In this document: in pieces, positions 43,569 to 52,637 of the stretch
Layout: every line of letters starts with the position of its first letter
How positions within the stretch are numbered: position 1 is the stretch's first letter
DNA from: Sphaerochaetaceae bacterium
Lineage (GTDB): Bacteria > Spirochaetota > Spirochaetia > Sphaerochaetales > Sphaerochaetaceae
NCBI GenBank assembly: GCA_963626615.1
Contig: CAVFYD010000001.1
Span: 1,012 to 65,011, forward strand
Length of the DNA stretch: 64,000 nt
Direction: 5' to 3'
Program-made: the position numbers and the translations under genes
Notes under the pieces: generated by a model
What the model saw: only the letters and a program-made list of their open reading frames with translations
Databases searched by the model: none
What the model was told of the DNA's origin: nothing

Positions 43569-44750
43569 TTGTTCCAATTGAGAAAGAGAAAGGTAGCTGC
43601 AGTATTCGTGCTCTTGTTGTTATGTACAGCTGTGTCTGCATCTCCGCTCTTCAACAGAGGTCTTTCAAATACCTCGAACGGCATCAACCAGCTTGCCGGC
43701 GGCTATCTCCCGGTATCTTTCTCGGTCAACAGGTCATCACGCCTTCAGATTCTCCCGAAAGGAGAGGACAAGGCAACGCTTTCGTTCTCCTCGTCATACA
43801 GCATTTCGAATACATATGAGTACAACTATTGGGATGATGCAACAGGAACGCCCAGTACCGGATGGACCAACAGCGGTGAGGAAATATCTACACAGAACCG
43901 GTATTACTTCAATCCTGTAGGCTCAATGAGCCTTTCGCTCTCGCAGAAGTTCGATGACTGGACATATTCCGTTTCCTTAAGCTCCAGGTATTCTTCTCCG
44001 CAGGAATATCTTACAGGTGCAACGAGCAAAGATACCGATCTTGTATTTTCAAAGTATGACAGTACCGGCGGATGGACTCGGAAATATACTGATAAGGATG
44101 CCGTCTATGCCTATCCATGGCTCTACGGGGAGAGAACCAATCTGACGGCATGGATGTCACTCGGGGCTTCAAGAGATATTTCCACCGTGAAGAATCTCAG
44201 CTCTCTGAATGTCTCGCTTTCGTTCGAGGCGGGGCCATGGTGGCTATTAAACAGAGTGTCGAACGGGGGAATAACGCTTTCGGATTACTGCCGCGTTTCT
44301 GCATCGTGTACGCAGAGCATGCTCATAAAGAGTGAGGAGCAGACAATATCTCTCAGATGGCTGAGAATAAGTCTTTCACACTCGAACAGCTTCTCATATA
44401 CATTCGGTAAGATTGTCCCGCAGAACAAACTCAATTCTTTCAGGCTCCGGGGCTATCTGACTGATTCTGTATCCGTAGGATTCTACGGCCCGCAGATTCT
44501 GAACTCCGGAACATCTGTGGGAGTTTCCGTCTCATACAATCACAGTCTCTACTTCGGAGGATTCCAGAACGAGAAGAGCGGAAAGAGCAGGGGACTTGCC
44601 TATTCATCATCTTTAACGACATCATTCAGCCTTTCGGTTTTCAATCTTATTTCATTCGGCTACAGCCTGACGTGGGAGATTGCAGGCGGGTACACATCTT
44701 CTCCCGGGCTCAGGGGAAGTGGCGAAGTCGGAATGTCGTTCAATCTGTAG
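43569..44750 (+). CDS. secreted protein, outer-membrane beta-barrel-like (operon member 1 of 4)
   Basis: TTG start (alternative TTG at 43578). Signal peptide VAAVFVLLLLCTAVSAS. S/Y/T/G-rich. C-terminal GEVGMSFNL. Confidence 0.6.
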   Translation: MFQLRKRKVAAVFVLLLLCTAVSASPLFNRGLSNTSNGINQLAGGYLPVSFSVNRSSRLQILPKGEDKATLSFSSSYSISNTYEYNYWDDATGTPSTGWTNSGEEISTQNRYYFNPVGSMSLSLSQKFDDWTYSVSLSSRYSSPQEYLTGATSKDTDLVFSKYDSTGGWTRKYTDKDAVYAYPWLYGERTNLTAWMSLGASRDISTVKNLSSLNVSLSFEAGPWWLLNRVSNGGITLSDYCRVSASCTQSMLIKSEEQTISLRWLRISLSHSNSFSYTFGKIVPQNKLNSFRLRGYLTDSVSVGFYGPQILNSGTSVGVSVSYNHSLYFGGFQNEKSGKSRGLAYSSSLTTSFSLSVFNLISFGYSLTWEIAGGYTSSPGLRGSGEVGMSFNL

Positions 44751-44760
44751 GAGGTGTGGA

Positions 44761-45945
44761 ATGAAAAGATTATCGGCTCTGATTACTGTTCTGTTTTCGC
44801 TCTTCACGCTTTCCGCAATGACATTCTCCTCATCTGTCATCTCGACTGACGGGGACATGAAATTCTCGGGTGGCTTCTATCCCGTAAACGGGAAATTCCG
44901 CTATGAGGCGGATCTTCCGGATGCCCTGGATGAGATGGGACTGTCTCTTTCTCTCAACTTTGACGCAGGCCTCAAGCACAGGCTTCTTGTCCAGAATCCG
45001 GAGAACGGTGAACACATTACATCTTCCTCATCTCTTTTCGATACAGATAATGCGCGCCACTACCAGGTGCATTACATCTACACATCCCTCGATTTCAAGA
45101 TAGGACTGATAAACGTCAATTACCTCACATCCCCGCTTCTGGCACTTGTCTTGTCTCTCGAAGGGGACTTCGAGAATGCCTACGAGAGACTGGGATGGCT
45201 TGGCACGGACGGGGATGAGGCTACCTTCACGAAGATTGCTGATGGAAACAGGGTATCACGTTTCAACAGCTACAGCGGTGTTCTCGAATTCACAATATCG
45301 GAATACGGCTACAGACAGCTCAGACACACAGGTATGAAGGTCGGTCTTGAGTACAACTACACCGAAGAGACGAGGATGACGAAGGACGGCCTCTGGGCAG
45401 ACATCTCTCTCAGGTACATGCCGTCATGGTTTCCACTTCACGATACAACAGGCTCTTCGTACGTTTCGGCAAATGCCAGTGCAGGTGCAGCATACACGCT
45501 TCTCAACATAAATCAGTTTGCTCTTTCGACGGCGAAGGATGTACTGAAGATGTTCTCTCTTGTTCTCGAGAGTCAGTTCGACGTCCGTTTCATCGCCGGT
45601 AAGGGAATGCCGCAGTACGCACTCGAGAGAAATATGTGGGGAAGCCACACGGCCAACTCGATGTTCCTCATGGGAAATACCACGAAGCTTGTCTTCAGAG
45701 GTCCGCAGATTCTTGAAGATGTCTATCCGACGATTATGCTGACGAGTGACATTGCCTATGCCTGCGGTCCTGTCGCAAACGGAAACGGCAGTATCAGGTG
45801 TTTCAGCGGAAGCGTGTCTCTCAGAGGGGAAGCGGACCTTTTCGATACTTTATATATCTATGCGGAATGCGGGTGGGTATATGCATCTGTCTATGAGAAG
45901 GATAAGGGCTTCAGATATTCATTCGGAGTGAGGATAGGAGTATGA
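44761..45945 (+). CDS. secreted protein, outer-membrane beta-barrel-like (member 2 of 4)
   Basis: ATG at 44761 with RBS ggagg. Signal peptide MKRLSALITVLFSLFTLSA. C-terminal FRYSFGVRIGV. Confidence 0.6.
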   Translation: MKRLSALITVLFSLFTLSAMTFSSSVISTDGDMKFSGGFYPVNGKFRYEADLPDALDEMGLSLSLNFDAGLKHRLLVQNPENGEHITSSSSLFDTDNARHYQVHYIYTSLDFKIGLINVNYLTSPLLALVLSLEGDFENAYERLGWLGTDGDEATFTKIADGNRVSRFNSYSGVLEFTISEYGYRQLRHTGMKVGLEYNYTEETRMTKDGLWADISLRYMPSWFPLHDTTGSSYVSANASAGAAYTLLNINQFALSTAKDVLKMFSLVLESQFDVRFIAGKGMPQYALERNMWGSHTANSMFLMGNTTKLVFRGPQILEDVYPTIMLTSDIAYACGPVANGNGSIRCFSGSVSLRGEADLFDTLYIYAECGWVYASVYEKDKGFRYSFGVRIGV

Positions 45946-46580
45946 GAAAGAGACTGATTGCCGCTGCTGTTGTTTTATTTGTACTTTCGTCTCTCTTTTC
46001 TGCCGTCATTCCCCAGTCTGACAGGATTACGATGTATCTCAGGGGAACGGTTTCTCCTGTCCTTGTCAGCGAGAAGGCATTCTCGTATCCGGCAAAGGAC
46101 GGGAATATTCACTTCGGCCTGGGACTTGATGCCTCTCTGGACCTCTACCAGAATGATACGGGTGCGAAGTGGGGCTTCAGCGCAGCACTTCATGCTTCAT
46201 ACCCGCTGGTGTCGAAGAAGTTTGAAAACTTTGTGTCTTCAGATATGACAGACAGACACGTCTTCATGCTCTTCGGAGCGGGTGCCGTGTTCAGATGTAC
46301 GCCGTCGACATACATTGACGTCACACTTGCCGTCAGGGCATGTATAATGACATATGATTATTTCAGAAGCGGAATCATTCTCGGTGCTGCCATAGAACCT
46401 AAGGTTGACATATTCTTCACAGATGACTTCTTCCTCACTGGAGGCATCAGCCTTGCCGACGGCATCATGAAGCTTACACCGGGGAATAGCGAGATGTGGT
46501 TCGAAAGTGGTTACACTGCGCTGATGTTCCGTGCTCAGATAGGAGCAGGCTGCAGATTCGGGGGGGACAGAAAACGATGA
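45942..46580 (+). CDS. secreted protein, small beta-barrel-like (member 3 of 4)
   Basis: ATGA overlap with the previous stop. Signal peptide MRKRLIAAAVVLFVLSSLFSA. Confidence 0.6.
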   Translation: MRKRLIAAAVVLFVLSSLFSAVIPQSDRITMYLRGTVSPVLVSEKAFSYPAKDGNIHFGLGLDASLDLYQNDTGAKWGFSAALHASYPLVSKKFENFVSSDMTDRHVFMLFGAGAVFRCTPSTYIDVTLAVRACIMTYDYFRSGIILGAAIEPKVDIFFTDDFFLTGGISLADGIMKLTPGNSEMWFESGYTALMFRAQIGAGCRFGGDRKR

Positions 46581-47293
46581 AGAAAAGAATAATTCTTGTA
46601 CTTATGATATTCTCCGTTCTCTCTCTTTCCGCACGTCCCCAGTTCTTCCTCGGCGGCGGGGCCGAATGGGGAAGAGTACATCCGACAGAGAACATGCTTG
46701 GAGATATGAAGACCAACCAGCGTTATTATACTTCATCCCGTGATTTCAAGTTCTTCTCGTTCCTTGTTCCGAAACTCGGACTGACAGTAATTCCCTATAC
46801 GGATTTTCCGCTCGGACTGAATGTCGAGGGAGGTTTCGGTTATGTTACACAAGTCAATACGGGAACAACGGATTACAATCATTCTCCTCTAAGCAGTGCT
46901 GACTACTACCGCTATGGTTCCGATAACATAATCCTTGTCTCCGGTGGACTTACATACATTCATCTTGCCGACAGTGACAGATATTTCTCGGTAGGGGCAA
47001 GCCTGAAGTACAACTGGAACAGATATATCCTGTCCAATGTGAGACTTATAAAAGGTAAAAGAATCAGGGAAAGGAATGACATGATCATCGACGAGCATTC
47101 AGTTTCCGTGGGTATCGGGATGATGGGGCGCTATGACGCGGAGTATTTCCGCCTTGATGCGGCACTGAGGAAGGACCTGGACTTCGAGAAGGGCATTTCC
47201 TCGCTCTTCGACGGTGACGGCTATTCCTTCTCGATATCAATGACATTCGGCTACGTATTCACGATACTCAACGAGCATCAGTTCATGAGGTAA
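46577..47293 (+). CDS. secreted protein, small beta-barrel-like (member 4 of 4)
   Basis: ATGA overlap with the previous stop. Signal peptide MKKRIILVLMIFSVLSLSA. Confidence 0.6.
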   Translation: MKKRIILVLMIFSVLSLSARPQFFLGGGAEWGRVHPTENMLGDMKTNQRYYTSSRDFKFFSFLVPKLGLTVIPYTDFPLGLNVEGGFGYVTQVNTGTTDYNHSPLSSADYYRYGSDNIILVSGGLTYIHLADSDRYFSVGASLKYNWNRYILSNVRLIKGKRIRERNDMIIDEHSVSVGIGMMGRYDAEYFRLDAALRKDLDFEKGISSLFDGDGYSFSISMTFGYVFTILNEHQFMR

Positions 47294-47297
47294 AAAC

Positions 47298-47675
47298 ATG
47301 CTTCTTTACGATATTCTCGACAAACTTGAAAACTATGCTTCCATCATTCCCCATATGGACAGGGTAATCGACATAATGGATCACTCGAAGCCCTACGATG
47401 ATGACGTGGGTGAATACAGCGCAGGCGGGGACGGAAGCGTGAAGTACATTGTCTCTGCGCATCTTTCCTCTTCTTCCGGCTTCGAAGGTGAGAGAAGGGA
47501 AGGGAAACACATTCTCGAGATAGTTCTCGAAGGCGACGAAATCGTCTCTGTCGACGGCTCCGTGTTCCGTATGTCTCCGGGAGTCTTTCTCGTCTATGAC
47601 GGCGAAGCAAAGATAAAGAGAGGAATCGCTTCCTCTCTTCCCGTTGCATTCAAGACTGTAAGGTTTGTCCTATAG
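47298..47675 (+). CDS. YhcH/YjgK/YiaL family protein (EbgC/NanQ-like cupin)
   Basis: 125 aa. N-terminus MLLYDILDKLENYASIIPHMDRV and the block GKHILEIVLEGDEIVSV resemble the family pattern (H..y.Diq.vleGeE). Confidence 0.6.
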   Translation: MLLYDILDKLENYASIIPHMDRVIDIMDHSKPYDDDVGEYSAGGDGSVKYIVSAHLSSSSGFEGERREGKHILEIVLEGDEIVSVDGSVFRMSPGVFLVYDGEAKIKRGIASSLPVAFKTVRFVL

Positions 47676-48977
47676 AATCTTCTGGAGTGCTATATCGTAG
47701 ACAAAGAGCGAGTTCGGCTCTATGTCCTCTCCGTCACCTTCGCTCAGGCCGCTGTACTCTGGCGGAATGAACGCTCTTATCGCCTCACCCACGTGCATGT
47801 TCGTCACGGCACTCTGGAGACCGCTTGAGAGGCTGATCACGCTTACCTCTGCATTCCAGTCGGCATCTGTGAACTCGAGTTCTCCCGTCTCGTAGTCGAG
47901 TATGTATTCGTTGTAGTCCATGATGACCGTGTCATACTGGGTCGGTTTCCCGCCGAGTTTCTCGTCGCTGTCGAGGAGGAGAATCTGCACTCCGTTATCG
48001 AGTACGGTTATTCCGTCTTCCGTGCTGTTTCCTCTAAGGAATTCCTCGGCTTTCAGTCTGTTGGCCTCTGCCATTTTCTCCTGCTGTGCATAGTACTCCT
48101 CGTTGAGATAGAGTATGTAGAGGTTATAGGCATCGTTGATCTCTTCCTCTGTGAGTGGAGATGTTTCCGAGTAGAGCGCGTCGAGCATTCCTGCCATGAA
48201 CGGGATTATGTCGATGTCGATTTCAAGCCCCTTCAGGTCCCTGATGACAGAGAAGCCGTAGGCATATGAGAAGAGTTCCGCCTCATCTGAGGGCTCAGGA
48301 AGGGAGAGAAGATACTCCACATTCTCCGGCCTTTCCCCGTGCTCGACAGAGACGCCTTCAGTTATGTAGAGAGTGTAGTATTCGTTGATAACATTCTGGA
48401 GGTTACCAAGAGTTATGAAGACGGGCCTCTTCTCGTCGAGTGATGCGTCATACATCCCTCTCATGAAGTATTGTGACACGAACGGGATACCCGATTCGAT
48501 GAGGTCGTTCATGTTCTTTACGCCGTATGCATAGCTGTAGATGCTGATTGTGCTGTCTGTCTCTCCTCTTACGATGGGCGTAACGGGGAGTACAGTCTCC
48601 TCTTGCGGTCCATCTTCCTCCTCAGTCACTTCGCTTGCCTTGCTTTCTTCGTCCGTGATTACTTCAATGACCGGAATCTCATCCTCTTCGCGGATGACTA
48701 CGTCGACCTTATCCGCACTTTCGTCCGTGGAGACTACGATTATGCTTTCCTTCTCCGGTGCGACTGTCTCTGCAGGCTCTGCTTCTGCCGGAGTATTCTG
48801 CGCTTCAGTTACAGTAGCGGCAGGAGCTTCCTCCTCTGCGCTTTCGGTTATTGTTGTCTCTTCCGTCTTCTCTTCGATGACGGCAGGTGCTGACTGTTCC
48901 TCTTTCACTGTAGTTCTGCAGGAAAAGAGGAGAAGTGTGAGAGTTATTACAAGAAGTGTGTTCAGCAGTTTTTTCAT
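47670..48977 (-). CDS. FKBP-type peptidyl-prolyl isomerase lipoprotein (Mip-like) with an acidic low-complexity linker
   Basis: Lipobox TLLLFSC. E/T/A-rich linker. Two FSYAYG-type FKBP_N-like repeats. C-terminal FKBP core SGLQSAVTNMHVGEAIRAFIPPEYSGL...IEPNSLFVYDIAL. Confidence 0.75.
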   Translation of the reverse strand: MKKLLNTLLVITLTLLLFSCRTTVKEEQSAPAVIEEKTEETTITESAEEEAPAATVTEAQNTPAEAEPAETVAPEKESIIVVSTDESADKVDVVIREEDEIPVIEVITDEESKASEVTEEEDGPQEETVLPVTPIVRGETDSTISIYSYAYGVKNMNDLIESGIPFVSQYFMRGMYDASLDEKRPVFITLGNLQNVINEYYTLYITEGVSVEHGERPENVEYLLSLPEPSDEAELFSYAYGFSVIRDLKGLEIDIDIIPFMAGMLDALYSETSPLTEEEINDAYNLYILYLNEEYYAQQEKMAEANRLKAEEFLRGNSTEDGITVLDNGVQILLLDSDEKLGGKPTQYDTVIMDYNEYILDYETGELEFTDADWNAEVSVISLSSGLQSAVTNMHVGEAIRAFIPPEYSGLSEGDGEDIEPNSLFVYDIALQKIL

Positions 48978-49030
48978 GATTCCTCCTCTCACGATTGTAG
49001 CACAGAGAAAGGGTAGAACAAATGGAGATT

Positions 49031-49059
49031 GAAAGAAGAGGGCGGGAATGAACCCGCCC
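49031..49059 (-). terminator. rho-independent terminator after mscL
   Basis: On the minus strand, GGGCGGG-ttcatt-CCCGCCC is followed by tcttcttt. Confidence 0.65.
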
Positions 49060-49081
49060 CTGTAAGTTGAGTGATCTTTTC

Positions 49082-49585
49082 TCAGTTCTTCTTCTCGAGA
49101 AGTGCCTTGATGTCCCTCAGGAGAAGTACCTCTTCAGATACCTTCACTTCTGCAGCAGCTGCTGCAGCGGCCTCTTCAGCCTTTTTCTTCTCCTCAGCAG
49201 CCTTGGCTTCGGCTTCAGCCTTTGCCTTGAGGGCATTCTCCTCGGCATGCTTTGCTTCCTTCATTCTGTTCGCTGTCCTGATAATCAGGAAGAGCACGAG
49301 GGCTGTCAGCAGGAACTGGATGATTGTCTGAATCAGGACGCCGTAGCGGATAGCGACTTCGCTTGCCGTCTCCGTTGCCGGAACGAGGACGATCTTGAGT
49401 TCCTTGAAGTCAATCTTGCCGATGATGAGTCCGATCACCGGGTTTATGATGTCCTGAACAACAGATGTTACGATTGATGTGAAAGCACCGCCGATTACGA
49501 TACCTACTGCCATGTCCAGTACGTTGCCGCGCATGACGAATTTCTTGAATTCCGATAAGAACTTTGATTTTTTAGCTTTTGCCAT
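49082..49585 (-). CDS. mscL: large-conductance mechanosensitive channel
   Basis: I prefer the start MAKAKKSKFLSEFKKFVMRGNVLDMAVGIVIGGAFTSIV at 49585. The MscL signature is canonical. There is an unusual C-terminal KAEAEAKAAEEKKKAEEAAAAAAAE extension. Confidence 0.9.
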   Translation of the reverse strand: MAKAKKSKFLSEFKKFVMRGNVLDMAVGIVIGGAFTSIVTSVVQDIINPVIGLIIGKIDFKELKIVLVPATETASEVAIRYGVLIQTIIQFLLTALVLFLIIRTANRMKEAKHAEENALKAKAEAEAKAAEEKKKAEEAAAAAAAEVKVSEEVLLLRDIKALLEKKN

Positions 49586-49695
49586 AATATTCTCCGTACT
49601 CATGATTCTAAATAATTCCTCTCTGTTTGTTAATTGTCTCGCATGAAAAAAGAGGTAAAGCCGGAGCATTACCTCTTCTCTGGGCTTAACTGTGC

Positions 49696-50769
49696 TCAGT
49701 TGTTTGCTGTTTCAGCAGTCTCTGCCTCTTCTGCTACCACGATACCCTTGAGGTAGATGCGGAACCAGAGGAGTGAGTTGGGCTCGATTGAGCTTGTGCC
49801 GCTCTCGCCGTAGCCGTAGTCTGGGTGGATGTAGACGTAGCATTCCTGGCCGACCTTCATGTTCGTGCATGCCTCGACGAAGCCCGGGATGAGGCTCTCG
49901 AGTGAGAATGTGACATCCGTGCCGCTGTCGACCTGGGTGCCGTCAAGGAGATAGAGATCGTAGTCAACGAGGACCGAGTCAGTCTCCGCCGGGGTAGCGC
50001 CGAGTGTCTCGTCTTCACTCAGGATTTCCATGAGGTCGCCTGAAGGAAGGACGATGATTCCCTCGTTTTCCCTGTTCTGTGCGAGGAATTCCTCTGCAGC
50101 GGCGAGGTTTTCTTCAGTGACCTGAGCAACATATTCCTCGTACTCTGCGTTGAGCTTCTCCGCATAGGCGTTGACAGCTTCTGTCATCTCGTCAGTCGTC
50201 ATGGTGACAGGCTCGTCAAGATAGAGAGCTTCGGCAGCGCCCTGCTGGAATGTAGCGGTTTCGATTGCATAGCTGTTCATCCAGTAGAGCTGGACGGCAT
50301 AGATGAAGCCGTAGGAGTAGGAGAACCTCGAAAGAAGATCGTCTTCGGCAGGAGCTTCGAGTGCGCTGATTTCATCTGCTGTGAGAAGAGCGCCCACGTC
50401 TCCTGTGAGACCTGCACCGTAGTAGTTGTCGATGTAGTCTGTGACGATTGCGTTCATGTCGTCAGTGCTGATAAGCGGGGTAGCCGTGAAGTATGCAATA
50501 CCGTCCTGGATACCTCTGAGCCAGTAGCCGCCGTCGAAGGATACACCCTGGCCTGTCAAGGATGATGTAATCATATAACCGTAAGCGTAGCTGAAGGACT
50601 CATCGACGCTTTCTCTGTCAACTGTTGCGTAAGCAGGAACAGAAGCCAAAGCCGCTGTCTCTGCCTCATACTCTGCAATGATTGCTTCCTTTGCGCCTGA
50701 TGCCGCAAGCGGAAGTGCAAGAGCAAGAATCAAAACGAAAAATACTGGAAAACTCTTTCTGCTGTGCAT
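49696..50769 (-). CDS. FKBP-type peptidyl-prolyl isomerase (Mip-like), secreted
   Basis: Signal peptide. FSYAYG and FSYSYG repeats. FKBP core IPGFVEACTNMKVGQECYVYIHPDYGYGESG..IEPNSLLWFRIYL. Confidence 0.8.
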   Translation of the reverse strand: MHSRKSFPVFFVLILALALPLAASGAKEAIIAEYEAETAALASVPAYATVDRESVDESFSYAYGYMITSSLTGQGVSFDGGYWLRGIQDGIAYFTATPLISTDDMNAIVTDYIDNYYGAGLTGDVGALLTADEISALEAPAEDDLLSRFSYSYGFIYAVQLYWMNSYAIETATFQQGAAEALYLDEPVTMTTDEMTEAVNAYAEKLNAEYEEYVAQVTEENLAAAEEFLAQNRENEGIIVLPSGDLMEILSEDETLGATPAETDSVLVDYDLYLLDGTQVDSGTDVTFSLESLIPGFVEACTNMKVGQECYVYIHPDYGYGESGTSSIEPNSLLWFRIYLKGIVVAEEAETAETANN

Positions 50770-51104
50770 TTAAAAATGCTCCTTTTCATACTTTAGGTAT
50801 AAATTTAATTAAGAGATGTGTTCCGGTCAACCTTGTTCTTCTTCCGTGCAGTGGATTTTAGATGAAGATGGAGAAGGTGACTGAATGAATAGCTGTCATT
50901 ACCTCTGAGTGCATCAATCGCGTCCAACATGATGGTCTCATTCATGGTTCTCACCTTAATATATCTTTGTGCTGCCGGCATACGGTATAGGACAGGGGAC
51001 AGTGAGAACAGGTGTATATCATGTGTTCTTTTTCATTTTCAGCCACTCCTCCGTATTCTTTCGGAAACATCATTTAGGAGCGTGAATATACCTTCTTCCG
51101 ACGC

Positions 51105-51133
51105 TTGACGGAGAGCGGTGTTTCGTCTATTCT
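51105..51133 (+). promoter_or_regulatory. sigma70-like promoter candidate (TTGACG-17 nt-TATTCT)
   Basis: Hexamers at 51105-51110 and 51128-51133 with a 17-nt spacer, 33 nt upstream of the 51166 ATG. Confidence 0.45.
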
Positions 51134-51165
51134 AACACAGTTAATTAACATTTAAGGAGAAAGAC

Positions 51166-51330
51166 ATGTCCAAAGCACATAGAGGAAGCGGCATCAGAGA
51201 TCAGTTCAACAACGGAAGAGGCGAATGCCCTGTCTGCAAGAGAACTGCTGTCAAGTGCCTTTATGAGAAGGAAATCGATGGCTCTAAGGTCAAGATTTGC
51301 AAAGAGTGCAACGCTAAGCTCTCAAAGTAA
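51166..51330 (+). CDS. small zinc-ribbon protein (54 aa), not in the ORF track
   Basis: RBS aaggag then ATG. MSKAHRGSGIRDQFNNGRGECPVCKRTAVKCLYEKEIDGSKVKICKECNAKLSK carries a CxxC...CxxC pair. The next gene starts 4 nt downstream. Confidence 0.6.
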   Translation: MSKAHRGSGIRDQFNNGRGECPVCKRTAVKCLYEKEIDGSKVKICKECNAKLSK

Positions 51331-51333
51331 ATC

Positions 51334-51783
51334 ATGGCGTTCTTTTCTAATCGGGAAAAGCCTGAGATAAAGGAAGAGATGAGGATGCGCTTCTGTGCAC
51401 CCTCATTTTCTTTCTCTTACGGCGACATTCTTGATATCTGGAGCCTTCAGGACCTGAAGAAGGAGGCGGGAAAGATAAGGGGAAGGATAGTCGTCCTTCA
51501 TCCCGGCCTCAACACAATGCTCTCACCCCGTCACTGGATGAAGGAACTCAGTGCAGCCTCATATCTTGTTATCTGCGGCGACGGCGGGGATGAACATATC
51601 CGGAGGCTGAAGAAGGAGGCCGACAGGGTTGTCTACGGTCTTGTTCCCAAGGGCCTCACGGGCGCCTGTATCTCCCCGAACGCAGAAGAAGCTGAAAAAA
51701 CAGTCGATGCGATAGTTGAAGAAACAGGCAGGGATGCTGTTACAATCAACAGTACGGAAGGAGAATTGAAGTGCTCTCAATGA
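51334..51783 (+). CDS. hypothetical protein
   Basis: 149 aa, tightly packed between the zinc-ribbon ORF and yicC (13-nt overlap). I recognise no motif. Confidence 0.55.
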   Translation: MAFFSNREKPEIKEEMRMRFCAPSFSFSYGDILDIWSLQDLKKEAGKIRGRIVVLHPGLNTMLSPRHWMKELSAASYLVICGDGGDEHIRRLKKEADRVVYGLVPKGLTGACISPNAEEAEKTVDAIVEETGRDAVTINSTEGELKCSQ

Positions 51784-52637
51784 CAGGTTACGGGACGGGT
51801 GAGTACCGCTCCCAGGATTTCATCATCGGAGTCGAGATAAAATCATACAACAACCGCTATCTCGACATATCTCATACCATCAATCCTCTTCTCTCGTCGT
51901 TCGAGGAGTACATCGACAGCGAGATAAAGAAGGTCTGCAGGCGCGGTCACCTTGATGTTTCTGTTCATCTCAGGACGCTGAGAAGCCGCGAGGCGCTCTC
52001 TGTCGACACAAATCTTCTTCTCGAGTACAGGAAGGCCTTTGAGGAAATTTCGAAGTACACCGGCGGAAAGGAGCCGACAGTTTTCAACTATGCCTCGATA
52101 GAAGGCATCATCACTCCGCTCACGTCTCTTGACAGTTCGATATATAAGGAAGGCGTCGAAATCGCGCTTTCCTCAGCCCTGAAGATGCTCTTTGAGGCAA
52201 AGAAGAGAGAGGGAGAGGGGACTAGAAAGGACCTCGAGAAGCTCGGTGGAAAGTTCGAGTCTTCCCTCAGTGTAATACTTTCGAAGAGAAGCGAGATGGA
52301 GGAATACTTCAAGGGTGTGCTTCTCACGAAGTACGAGGAACTTCTCGGGGAGAAGGGGAAGGATGACCCGAGATTCCTCGGCGAGGTTGCCGCTCTTCTC
52401 GTGAAGTATTCGATAAACGAGGAATGCTCACGTCTCAGGGTACATATCGCAAGATACTACGAGCTTCTGTCGTCGGATGAGCCTGTTGGAAAGGAACTGG
52501 ACTTTCTCTGCCAGGAGATGAACCGCGAGATAAACACTACGGCATCGAAGAGTCAGATGGTCGAGATAAATCTTGCAGTCGTCACGATGAAGGATGCCCT
52601 TGAGGACATCCGCGAGCAGGTGAGGAACATAGAATGA
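51771..52637 (+). CDS. yicC: YicC/YloC family stress-induced protein
   Basis: 288 aa. N-terminus SMTGYG and C-terminal GKELDFLCQEMNREINTTASKS are characteristic. Confidence 0.9.
   Translation: MLSMTGYGTGEYRSQDFIIGVEIKSYNNRYLDISHTINPLLSSFEEYIDSEIKKVCRRGHLDVSVHLRTLRSREALSVDTNLLLEYRKAFEEISKYTGGKEPTVFNYASIEGIITPLTSLDSSIYKEGVEIALSSALKMLFEAKKREGEGTRKDLEKLGGKFESSLSVILSKRSEMEEYFKGVLLTKYEELLGEKGKDDPRFLGEVAALLVKYSINEECSRLRVHIARYYELLSSDEPVGKELDFLCQEMNREINTTASKSQMVEINLAVVTMKDALEDIREQVRNIE

Noticed and set aside
49130-49260. A GC-rich gca/gcc/gaa-type repetitive tract.
   Set aside because: It is the coding sequence for the Ala/Glu/Lys-rich C-terminal tail of MscL on the minus strand, not an independent repeat element.
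50809-50952. 47-aa minus-strand ORF (MNETIMLDAIDALRGN...) preceded by aaggtgag, in the 400-nt gap upstream of the FKBP gene.
   Set aside because: It is very short with no recognisable motif. It cannot be separated from chance without conservation or Ribo-seq data.
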